The position numbers were made by a program, and so were the translations under genes. 64,000 bases of DNA from Raillietiella orientalis (Eukaryota): NCBI GenBank assembly GCA_036172245.1, contig JAYWIR010000033.1, forward strand, positions 372,001 through 436,000, written 5' to 3'. The notes below the pieces were generated by a model. That model was not told the DNA's origin and did not search any database. It saw only the letters and a program-made list of their open reading frames with translations. How positions within the stretch are numbered: position 1 is the first letter of the stretch; the number at the start of each line of letters is the position of its first letter. Below are positions 47,269-59,151 of this stretch, in pieces.

Positions 47269-50191
47269 ATGCCACCCGGATACGCCGGTACGATTATTAA
47301 AAACATTTCTACAGTCAATACAGAACGTGGTACAAGGCCCCACAGGAGGCCACGCTATACCGGTACTGCCGGGACACCGGGAAGCAACCCGGTGTGGCTC
47401 TCTTCTTCAGTGGAGGGGGATGAAGGAGAAAACAAAAACCAAATAAAAATAGAAAAACAAACAACAAAAGGAGTTTGGAGGGCCGGAAAGGGATCACAGA
47501 CAACTACTGGGAGGGCCCATCCTTCGCAGGATGCCTTCGAGTTCCATTTTTATTTTTCCGAGATGGGGCCATCGGGTGGCTCTCTGCAGGAAGCGAACAG
47601 CATACTCGATGACGTCCCTCACGATGCAGTCTTCATCTTCGGCATCACTCCAGGTCTCCACGATATCACAAAAGCAGCAAAGTGCTGCCAGGGCTGCGGC
47701 TGGACTGAGGGCGTCCCGCACGAAGACAAGACTGTAGACACATCCAACATTGCCACCATCCGGTATCCGGAGGGCCGTTTTAAGACGATCCCAAAGTATC
47801 CGGACGGCAGGGCATTCAACTACGAGGTGGGGGAGCAGCTCCCGCTCCCCACACCTAGCACACGCAGGATTAACTCTTTCACGCCTCCAGTGGAAGCGAA
47901 GCGCGTTGCAGGGTAGACCTTAATGCAGCCACAAAAGCGTTGATTCTTGCCACTTTAGGGAAAGAATACTGGATCCAAGGAGAACCAGAGGTGACTTCAG
48001 GTCAACCAATCGAATGCTGAGCTGCTCGCCCCATTTTCTTAATCCACGCGGCTGGACACTAGGGGTCGTCTCATCTGTCAACTCTCCAATGGTCCGGCCG
48101 CTAATCATCTTCTCTCTGCCTGCAATGCTGCAGCAGACTTGCACCTTGGCTTCCGGCTTTCGTAAGGCGCCCTTTCTAGTAAGGGCATCGTCGTAAAAAG
48201 GGGTGCCCCTTCCGCCCACGTGCAACTCGGTGGAAATTCAAGAATTCCACGCAAAGTCCGGCATGCGTAAAAGCCGAGTCGCAGGCAGTTCATTGAGTCT
48301 TCGCACCTATAATTCTGCTTGGCCCAGGTGCCAGCAGTCTCCTCCAGCCAAGCGGAGGAGTTGGCAAGGCCACAAACCATCCAGTCGTTCTCCTTCCCCA
48401 GGGCTGCAATTCGGCCGAGCAGTAGACCGCATCTGCGAATCTTCTGGCCAGGACACAGAAGGAACGATGCGAGTCCTTCGTAGCGGGGCACACGCCTGGC
48501 CAGGAGGGGGGCCGGAATGCACCAAGCGGTGTTCCACATCGTCGCTGCGATGGCAAGGGTTCGCCATCGTTATTGGATTTCCACGCTCTCCAGCATCAGG
48601 ACGCTGAGACCGCTGTCCTCACGCGGAGCGCACAAGTGCCTCAGAGGGACTCAAGGCCTCCCCTTGTCCCGAAGGGCTATGCGGAGGAGGTCCTCTGACC
48701 ACTTCTTTAATTCCACGGGGGCGGGGAAACCAAAAAGCAAGGGGCGGAGGATCAAGGCCGCGAAGGCGTTCCAGACCGCGGCCCGTTCTGGCAAGTTCAA
48801 CTTGCCTTTCAGGAACGGGCCGATCGCCGTCTCGACTGTTTGGAGGCAGCTCGACCACGATTCCGCAGGGTAGAAGTCCTTCAGCGGCACATCAAAGTAC
48901 TTAATGCACCTCAGCGTGTGGATATCCAGACGGAACCAGTCCGGCTGCCCTGTCCACTTTGCTCCAGCTGGCATTAACGACGACTACGCCCTATCAACCT
49001 TTAATCCGGCCCCACGGCCTATAAGGTCGAAGAAATCTCCTACCGACTTTGCCGGGGTGGACATAGGTCAGAGGAGCAGAAGATCGTTGACATACGCAGT
49101 TACGGCGGCCGTGCAGGGGCACGAGCTCGGCAAGGGGTCCAAAGTCACCCTGTGCGCTCTCAGCACCGAATCAGCGTAGGTGATAGAGAGCAGGGGGCTA
49201 AGGCTGTCGCCCTGCCTTATGCCCCGCAGCACCGGCATTCCATACACCTTTTGACCACTGAAAGTAATCGAGATTACCGCGCTTCGCCAGCAAGAGCGCA
49301 TGTAGGTAACCAAGGAGGGGGGGAAGCCCATGCGACCCAGGAGCTTTAAGAGGAGTTCCTGGTCAACACAGTCGAATGCCTTATGGAGGTCGACTGCGAT
49401 CGCTAAGGCCCCCTTTCCCGCATGAGGGTCCCCACCCTGTCCCACTGGCGGCCCCAAAGTAGGGTTGCAAATTTTCCCTTTCCCTTTTTTCTTACTCCGC
49501 TGCGCGTGCATCCATGTGCTCGCGAAGAAGAGGTTGTCCTCCATACTTGGCCCGGGAACAGCGTAATTCTGCTCCGGGCTAATTATGGAATTGAACACCT
49601 CCCCCAATCGCAACGCCCACAGCCCGGCAATCAACTTGGCGTCCGTGTTCACAATCATGATCGGACGCCAGTTGTTCAAATTCCTAAGGTCTCCCCCTTT
49701 CGGAAGGAGCCTCACACTGGCTGACCTATACGAGGCGGGAACATCGCCTTCGTCTCGGATCAGCCTGATCAACTTAAGCAGCAGGGGTGCCAGCTGCTCC
49801 GCAAAGCTCTGAAAGAATTCCGCGGGCAAGCCGTCTTCCCCTGGAGCTTTACGCCTCTTGAGCCTTTTGATACCGGCGAGAATTTCGCCGGTGGTAAAAG
49901 GCTCGTCGAGGCTTTCCATCTCCTCCTCCCCTAATGCCAAGGCGCCATCCGGAAGCAAGCGCCGAGAGGCGTTCCGATCCGGGGGCTCCCTGGCGTAAAG
50001 GGAGGAATAAAAACTCCGCACGAGATGCCGTACCGACGCCGAAGAAGAACATTCCCGGCCCTGGTCGTCCAGCAAGCTGGCTGACCCGGATTGCCAGGCT
50101 TGACGTTCGGTCCCGGCTCGGTACTCTGCCAGGCGACGGACATTGGAGGTCCTCGCTTAACAACGGGCATACAATTACGCTCTTTCGTTAC
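47269..50191 (-). mobile_element. Family Y element Y2, 3' part
   Basis: RT ORF 49068-50075 resembles Y1 (LDDQGRECSS). C-terminus LRRMGPPSSCL. Hairpin at 47269-47300. Confidence 0.88.
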
Positions 50192-50195
50192 AAAA

Positions 50196-52847
50196 GGACG
50201 TGTTTTTTCTTTGCCATCGAGTGAGTCGACAGAAAGCGTTTTTTTTTTCTTTGTGTGTGTTCGTGTGGAACATCGCTGGTGTCCGATGGCAGCGATGCCT
50301 GAGGACACCACGATGAAGGTAGGTGTGAGGGAGGCTTGCCCACCCCCACAGCCTACAGAATGAGGGGCGTCCGCCCCGGAATCGCCCTCGCCGCCCAAGG
50401 CGAGGAGCTGGAGCGCCATGGTGGCCGCGCCGAGCGCGGAAACCATGGCCGAGATGGCGGCCTACCGGGCAGCTGGGTACAAGCCCAGCTTGGTCTACCA
50501 GGTAGGCAATCTCTGTGACGGGCGAACTGCACGCGCTTTTTCGAAGGCACTGCAGAACGCCAACGTGTTAGAGAAGGATCTTGACGGTCTATCCGTGCAC
50601 AGCGAGGTACAGCGCGTCGAGGTTGTCGGCAAGGACATCACCTTGGCGCAAAGCTTGATTACTACCCCGCTGAACGTGGACGGACTCAAGATCCTGCCAG
50701 TAAAGATGGACCGCTCCGTAGTGGTCCATCTGAGAGGCATCCCCATCCGCATGAAGCGGTCTCCGGTTGGTGATCAGCTAAGGAAATATGGCGAAGTTCA
50801 CGCGCTATCGCCTCAGGCTACAAGCTTCGATAATAACGATAGCCTCTTTAAAGTGCAGGTTGCCGCGCGCGTGACGGTGAACAAGGAGAGTAAGCTTTCC
50901 CACAAACTAGAGGTCAGTGACGAAGTAGTAGACCTCTGGTACGTGGGGAAACCCCACTTTTGTGGCTACTGCAATGCAGTAGGACACTTGCGCAAGCGGT
51001 GCCCGAACATTGTGTGCCACTTATGCGGGAAAAAGGGCCACGTGCGCCGCGTATGCCCTAAACGCCTCACTCTGGTGCCGCCTGCTGCAAAGAAGGCGCA
51101 TGCAAACCGAACAAAATTGGTCGAAAGACCAAAAAGTGATACTGGCCGGAAGCAGCCGCAAGCCCTTATTCCACCGACACATGCTTCGGAAGGAAAACCT
51201 TCCGAAGACGCGAGAGTCCATGACGGCTGGCAGCTGGTTAAGACGAGGAAGGAGAAAAACGTGTCCCCCGCGGAACCCGCGAAAGGGGTCAAAAAGACAG
51301 CCGGCAAGGCGAAGAAACCTGGGCCCCGCTGCAGGACCATATGGGAATGTACGGTGGCATTGGAACGCATAGCCGTTTCTTAGACTGCCACCCGGGACGA
51401 CGAGCCTTCCCTCGCCGTTTCGGTCGCGCCGGAGGTTCGCGACGGCGAACCCTTTGTTTACAGATAAGGACGAGCTGCGCGATATAGCGACGGTCGAAGT
51501 CGAGGACGCCGCGTTCGCGCAGGCAGCGAAGGGGCTCGCGGCCACGCTGGCCGAGCGTGAGAACCGCTCGCGCAAGGCCGTGCGAAGGCCGGCTTTCGCG
51601 AAAAAGGCCCCCACGGTTCAGTTGGACCTGGGATCCGAAAGTGCATCCTTCTCCTCGCAGGCATTCCCCAGAAAGTCGGGACGCAAGTCCCAGAAATCCA
51701 GGAGGCGCATCCCCTCCATCAGCGAGGAGTAGAAGCAGGAAGTTAGCGGTAGCGTGGGAATCCCGGAGGTGCAACTCCCACGCGCGGAAGCCGTCGAGCC
51801 GGCCACCCCCATGGAGGAAAGTGAGCAGGGGCGCGAAGCCCTCACTGCAGTCGCCGAGCCTGAACAGCCCGCCCCTATGGAGAAGGGACAAAAGGTAGGA
51901 GCGACCCAACCTGAGGGTGACCCGCTCGACGCGCGGTACCCATGGAGGAGGGGGACCAGGTGCACGTAGCGCCTGACCCTCCTCCTCCACCCAGCGTCCC
52001 GCCCCAACATGTGGCGAACACCGCATCGTTATCTTTCCAGTAGTAACACCTGGGCTCGCCAGTCCCCGTCAGATTCGCGCCGCCTATTGGAACGTCAACG
52101 GGTTGCGCGACGACGGTAACAGGCGAGATATGGCCGACACCATGAGTGAGCTCGACCTGGCCCTGCTGCAGGAGATCCACGTGATCACCGCGCTAGACGC
52201 CCAGGACATTGAGACGATCGCGGAGGGTCGGTTGTATTGGCGATGCGGCCTTCGCAACACCTGCGGGGCCGCGCTCTTCGTGAAGCCGGCGATCGAAGCA
52301 GCCGTAAAGGGCGTGCGTTTGATGACGACGGTCGGGTCGGTGAGCTGATTCTCAGCTGGTCCGACTCGATGGAATTGATCGGCACAAACGTGTACGTCCC
52401 AAGCGGAAAAGGGGGATACAGCGACCATACCATGTTGCTGGAAACCCTGAAGCGCGACTGGCTGGCGGACACGAATGTGCGCAATGCTCACCAGATAGCG
52501 GGGGATTTCAATCTCCGTCTGCTAACAGGTGAGCCAGAAACACAAGAACGCACGGCGAACGAGTAGTGCGCTGCCATGAGTGCGCGCAACTTTTTCGCGG
52601 GTGAGAGGGGAATGGACCGCAGCATCGACCACGTCTTCCTCGACGCTGACCTGTGTTCACGGGTCGGCAAACAGAGGAGGGTTGCGTCGACGTTGTCGGA
52701 ACATTCCCGGCTAATTTTCGAGATGCGGCCCCGCGAAAAAGGACCGCCATCCAGGGATTGGCGTCTGCCGGAGGACTGGACGCGACTCTCAGGTGCGAAG
52801 GAACACCTTCGCGAATACCTGAGAGGCGTCACGCTCTGGAATCTTCA
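50196..52847 (+). mobile_element. Family Y element Y3, 5' part (ORF1 and endonuclease)
   Basis: GGACGTGTTTTTT start, ORF 50418-51383 with two CCHC, EN pieces 52103-52845. Confidence 0.88.
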
Positions 52848-55760
52848 TTGCAACCCGGGTGCGCCGCGTCGTTTATTATAGCGAATAAACCTATACAATC
52901 TGTGACTGGACCAGCAGTCCAGCCACGCCCTGGAAAGATATATCTTGCCGGGCTACCGGTACGCAGACCGGCGCGGTCGACGTCGGAAGCAGAGGGGAGG
53001 GGGAACGAAACAAAAAGAAAACAAAAAATAAACAAAAATCAGGGAGGGAGCGGGAAGGGATCACAGTCTGCTGGGAGGGTCCGTCATCCTCTATAGGATG
53101 CCGGCAAGCTGTTTCTGTGTGTGTGGTTAGAGATGGGGCAATCGCGTCGCCATCCTGAGGAAACGGGCGGCATACACGTTGGCATCCCTGTCGCTGGATC
53201 CTCCCGTCGCTTTGCTCCATGCCACGACGATCCCGCGTAGGCAGCACAGGGCTGCAAGCGAGGCCGCTGAAGGCAGGGCGTCACAAACGAAGAGGGGGCG
53301 CAAAGCCTCTCTAGGGTTGCCTTTGGGGATCCCCAGAGCTGCGGCAAAGCGTTCCCACAAGAAACAGAGGGCAACACAATTCACTAACAGGTGGATGAGG
53401 TATTCCCTCTCCCCGCACATGACACAATTAGGGTTGACATCCCCCCGCGTCCAGTGATGTCGGCGGGAGCTGCAAGGAAGCCCCCAATGGAACACCAGCA
53501 GTGCCGACTGTTGCCACTTCATGGGGAGGGTGCGCGAGTCCATGAGCACCGAAGGCCACTCGAGATGTTCCTCTGGAACATCCAGTAGCTCTCCCCAGCG
53601 CAACAGTCCATTTGGGGTGGTCCTCGGGGTCGCAGCGTTGGTGAGCTGACCCGTTCTCCAATCCCCGATCTTTTTGGCCCTGCTGGCGATCTTGACAATA
53701 ACCTCCCATTGTGCCCGGACGTCGCTGCCCAGATGTTGCCGTAGGGTAAACAGTACCGCAGCAAGGGAGGTACTTTGTGCTCACGCACTCCTTCAGGGAT
53801 TCTCGATGATTTCTCGGAGCGTGCGGTGGACATGCGGCCCGAACAGAGCTATTCGCTCGTGTTGCGGGCTCTGCTCCAGAATCATCGCCCACGTGCGGAC
53901 GGTTTCCTGGAACCAGGCAGGACCGTTCGCGGGGCGTACGAGGATCCGCGCCGAGTTGTTCTTCACGAGCTTAGCCGCCCTCCGAAGTTGAAGTCCGCAG
54001 TGGCAGATGGGGCTTCGGAGTGCAAAGTAGGACGAGAGTCCTGCATTGTTGGTGGCCCGCTCGACGAGGAGACGTGCAGGGAAGCACCAAGGGGTGCACC
54101 AATTTTCTGCCATCAAGGCAACAACTCGGAACTGGAGCTGTAGCTCCAGCCGCTACAACGTCAGGAGGCCCAGACCACCATCACGACGAGGAGCGCACAA
54201 GTCCGAAAGACGGACTCGGGGCCTCCCTCTGCCCCAAAGGGCGATAATCAGGAGGTCCTTTGTCCTCTTTTTTGACTCCGCTGAGGGGGAACAAACAAAA
54301 AGCAAGGGAAGAAGGAGGGAAGCCGAAAACGCGTTTTACGCCGCGGCCCGTTCCTGGAGGTAGAACCTGCGGTCCTGGAACGGGCCGATTGCCGCCCGAG
54401 TTTTCTGAAGGACGCCGGACCACGCTTCCGCAGGGGAGTAGTCCCCCAACGGCACACCAAGGTACTCGAAGTACCTCACCGTGGGGATCACCAAACGGAT
54501 CCAGTCCTGCTGCCCTGCCCACGCCTCTCCGACTGGCATTACGGACGACTTCGCCCTGTTCACCGTCAGTCCTGTTCCCCGACTCAGCAGGTCGAAGAAC
54601 TCCTCGACCGCCGCAGCCGGGGTGGACATAAGCAGCAGCAGAAGGTCGTCCGAGTACGTCGAAACCGCAGGCGTACCGGGACAATCGCACGGCAGGTGCG
54701 CCAGAGTCTCCCTGTACGCTCTCAGCACCAATTCGAAATAGGCGCTGAAGAGCAAGGGGCTGAGGCTGTCTCCCTGCCGTATGCCGCGTCGCACCGGTAC
54801 GCCGTACACGGTGGATCAACAAAAAAAACATTAATAAGCGCGTCGCGCCAGCTGGAGCGCAGGTAGGCTAGCAAAGAGGCCGGGAAGCCCAAGCGTTCCA
54901 GAAGCTCCAAAAGGAGATTCTGGTCGACGCAATCGAATGCTTTAAGCAAATCGACTGCGACCGTGAGGGCTCCTCTCCCCTCCCGACCATCCCGTCCCCC
55001 ACCGACGGACGCACCGGAATTCCGGTTGCTTATTATGCTCCTTCCTTGTTGGAGCTCTAACCATGTGGAAGCGTGGAATAGGTTCGCCTCCATACTTCGC
55101 CCGGGAACAGCATATGTCTGTTCCGAGCTGATGAAGATGTTGGCGACTCGTAACAGGCCCTCTGCCCACAGCTTGTCTAGCAACTTGGCGTCCGCATTCA
55201 CTATTGTGATGGGACGCCAGCTGTTCATGCTCCTAAGGTCTCCTTTCTTAGGGAGGAGCCGCACCTTTGCTGAACGAAACGTGGTGAGAACGTCATCTGT
55301 TTCGCGGATCAGCAAGGTGAGATGATGTACCAGGGGAGTAAGCTCTGCCGCGAAAGTTTGATAAAACTTCGCAGGCAGGCCGTCCTCCCCTGGAGCCTTT
55401 CGCCTCTTGAGCTTTCCGATGGCCGAGATGATCTCGCAAATCGTGAACGGCTCGTCAAGGTTCCTTTTCTCCTCCTTCCCGATTGCTGGAGCACCTTCCG
55501 GAAGCAGGAGTCGTTAGACAGCCTGCTCCGAAGGCGCCTTGGCGTACAGGGAGGAGTAAAATTTCACTATCCCGCGTTTCTGAGCGGGAACCGAGTGCTC
55601 CCGGTCCTGGTCGTCCAGCAAGCTTGCCGACCCGGATTGCCAGGCTTGCCTCTCGGCTCCCGCTTGATACTCTGCTAACCTGCGCATGTCGGGGGTTCTC
55701 GCGTAACGTCGGGCCTTAAGATAGCACCTCTCGTTACGCGACCCATTCCCGAATCCCTCT
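52848..55760 (-). mobile_element. Family A element A3, 3' part
   Basis: RT pieces 54722-55315 and 54336-54809 resemble A1. Finger ORF 53127-53603. Hairpin at 52848-52877. Confidence 0.86.
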
Positions 55761-55770
55761 CCTCGAAAGC

Positions 55771-58405
55771 GGACGTGTTTTTCCGGCGCTCCGCGAACGA
55801 GCAGCGGAAAGCGTTTTTTTTTGGTTCAGTGTGTGCTTTTTCACATCGTTGGTGTCCGATGGCATCGCTGCCAGAGGTCACCACGATGGAGGTAGGCGTG
55901 AGGGAGGCTAGCCTCCGCCCACGACCTACAGTATCAGGGGCATTCGCCCCGGAATCGCCCTGTTCGCCCAAGACGAGGAGCTGGAGCGCCATGGTCGCCG
56001 CGCCGAGCGCGGAAACCTTGGCTGAGCAGGCGGCTCACTGTGCCTCCGGATATAAACCATCCCTGGTGTATAAGGTAGGAAACCTGTTCGACGGTCGCAC
56101 CGCGCGTGCCTTTGGCAAGGCACTACAGGAATTCTCCGTGCGTGAGGAGGATCTTAACGGCCTCGCCGTACTCAGCAAGGGGCAACGCGTGGAGGTCGTC
56201 TGCAAAGACGTAGCCCTAGCGCAGCGCCTCATCAACACCCCGCTGAATGTGGCTGGCCGAAGGATCCTACCCGTTAGCATGGACCGCACCGTAGTGGTCC
56301 ATCTAACGTGGATCTCGAACCGCATGACGCGCTATGCGGTGAACGCGAAATTGAAGAAATACGGAGATGTGCACGCGCTGTGGCCAAAGCCAACCCTTTT
56401 TGACGGCTATAACAGCCTCTTTGGTGGCCAGGCAGCAGCGCGTGTCACTATGAACAAGGGTGCTGGGTTACCCCACAAACTGGAGGTCGGGAAGGAGCCC
56501 GTCGACCTTTGGTACGTAGGGAAACCCCGCTATTGTAGCTACTGCGATGCAGTAGGGCATGTGCGCAGGCGGTGCCCGAATATCGAGTACCACTTGTGCG
56601 GGGAAAAGGGACACGTCCGTCGTGTGTGCCCAAAACGCCCCACCCCGGTGCCACCTGCTGCCAAAAAGGCACAGCCTAAAAAACGAAAAAAGATCGAAAG
56701 AGCTTATCGCGAAACTAGCCGGCCTTAGCCGCCATCTCCTGTTCCTTCCACCCAGGCGTCGGAGGAAAAACCCGCTGAAGACGCGGGAGAGGAAGAAGGA
56801 TGGAAGCTGGTAAAGGCCAGAAAAGAGAAAAAAGTTCCCCCCGTGGAACCCACGAGAGCGAAGAAAGAAAAGAGCGCAAGAACGAATTAACCCGGTCCGC
56901 GCTCGAAAACTCTTTGCGAGTGCACGGTGTCACTCGAACGGATTGCCGTCCCCGAGGCTGCCACCCGGGGCGACGAGCCTCCCCTCGCCGTTTCCGCCGC
57001 GCCCGAAGTTCGCGACGACGAACCCTCTGTTTGCACAGAGGGTGAGCAGCGCGAAGCGCGCGCCTAAAGCGAGGACGCCGCGTTCGCGCAGGCGACGGAG
57101 GAGCTCCCGGCCACGCTGGCCGAGCGTGAGAAACCCTCACGCAAGGCCGTGCGAAGGCCGGCTCCGCCGAAGAAGGCCCCCGCAGGTGAGTGCGATCTCG
57201 GGGCCGCAAGTGCATCCTCCTCGTCGGAGGCACCCCCCGGTAGACGGAACGCAAGTCCCGATAGCCGAGGAGGCGCCTCCGCTCCACGAGCGAAGAGGAG
57301 AAGCAGGAAGCCGACGGCAGCGTGGGAATCCCGGAGGGGGAAATCCCACGCGCGGAAGTCGTCGAGCAGGCCACCCCCATGGAGGAGGGAGAGCAGGGAG
57401 GCGAAGTCCTTCTTGCCAGCGCGGACCCTGTACAGCCCACACTTATGGAGGAGGGCCAACAGGTAGGCGCGACCCCTCCTGAGTGTGAACCGCCCGACGC
57501 GCCGTCACCGATGGAAGAGGGTAACCAGGTGCTAGAGGCACCTGTCCCTCCTCCTCCACCTAGCGTCCCGCCCCAACAGGTGGCGGACGCCGCACAGCCG
57601 ATTTCCCAGGAATAACACCTGGGCTCGCCTGGCGCCGTCGAATCCGCGTGGCCAGTTGGAACTTCAACGGGCTGCGCGACGACGGCAACAGACGAGATAT
57701 GGCCGACACGCTGCGTGACTTCGACCTGGCCCTGCTGCAGGAGATCCACGTGATCATCTCGGCAGACGTCCAGGAGATCAAGGCGATCGCGGGGGGTCGA
57801 CTGTATTGGCGATGCGGCGCCTGCGACACCTGCGGGATCGCGTTCTTCGTCCAGCCGGCCATCGACGCTGCCGCGAAGGGCGTACGCTTTGATGACGATG
57901 GTCGGGTCGGTCAGCTGATTCTCAGCTGGTCCGATAAGCTGATTCTCAGCTGGCACACCTGATAGCTGGAGACTTCAATCTCCGTCTGCTGTCAGGTGAG
58001 CCCGAAGCACAAGAACGCACTGCGAACGAGTTGTGCGCTGCCATGCGCACGCGCAACTTGTTGGCAGACGCGGAGGGAATGGACCGCAGCATCGACCACT
58101 TCTTCCTAAATGTCGACCTGTGCTCGCGGGTCGGCAAACGGGGAAAAGTTGCGTCGACGCTGTCGGACCATACGAGGATCATCGCCGAGGTTTGTCCGCG
58201 CGACAAAGGACCCCCGTCCAGGGCGTGGCGGCTGCCTGGGGCCTGGACGCGGCTCTCAGGTGCGAAAGAACACCTTCGCAAATTCCTGAGAGGCGTCACC
58301 CTTCGCAGTCTCCAAGACTGGGACCTCTTCAAGGCCTCGGTCCGCGAGTTCTGCGAGGAGTTTCCCCTGCACTGCCTGTACGCCCCGGGCGTACCCGGGT
58401 GACAA
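55771..58405 (+). mobile_element. Family Y element Y4, both termini present but RT and 3' UTR deleted
   Basis: GGACGTGTTTTT start, ORF1 pieces, EN to FPLHCL at 58378, then directly CGCCCCGGGCGTACCCGGGTGA, identical to the Y1 terminus. Confidence 0.85.
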
Positions 58406-59150
58406 CCCCAAATCCTGCAGGTAGGCGATGCAGGGGGAACTGGTCGCAGAACTCCTGGACCGACCGCTTGAAGCGGTCCCAGTCCTGAAGTGTCTGCATC
58501 CTGAAGCTCCGAATAAACGCGCGGAGGTGCTCCGCCGCGTCGGGAAACTTCAGCCAGTCCCCTGGCAGACGACACGCTGACGAGGGGGGGCCCTTGTCGC
58601 GCGGACGCACTTCGAACATGATCCGACCATGGTCCGACAGCTCGGATGGTACCTTGCCGCGCCTGCCCACCCGAGAACATAGGTGCTGATCAAGGTACAC
58701 GTGATCGATGCTGCTTTCCATGGCCGTGTCCCCGGCCAACAAGTTGCGCGTGTTCATTTCTGCACACAACTTGTTGACGCGGTCGTTCAGTGTATCAAGC
58801 GCACCTGAAAGCAAGCGCAGGTTGAAATCACCTGCGATCAGGTGCGCTTTGCGAACTCCTGCATCGGTCAGCCAATCGCGTCTCACGGCAAGGTAGAATT
58901 CCCTTCTTGCCTTCGCCGTCAACGCGTTATTTCCGCTAGGAGCGTATAGGTTGGTGACGACCAGGTCGATAGAGTCGGACCAGCTGAGAGTCAGCTGAAC
59001 GACGCGACCTGCGTCATCGAACCGAATGTCCTTTATTGCGGTCTCGATGGCGGGCCGAAGCGAGAAGGCGACACCGCTTGCTTTCGCGGTGCCGGAACGC
59101 CACAACAGCCGCCCACCCGAGATCCGTTCGATCTCCCGGGCTCGTACAGT
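58406..59150 (-). mobile_element. Family A endonuclease (continuation of A3)
   Basis: ORF 58329-59306: EIERISGG..NLYAP..AGDFN..IDH..SDH..RLPAGFG. Confidence 0.88.
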
Positions 59151-59151
59151 G

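Noticed and set aside
1403..58405. Recurrent palindromic 30-mer as a CRISPR repeat, attC/REP site or DNA-transposon terminal inverted repeat
   Set aside because: Spacing is kilobases and irregular. It always follows an ORF2 3' UTR in the element's own orientation. No cas, integrase or transposase gene is present.
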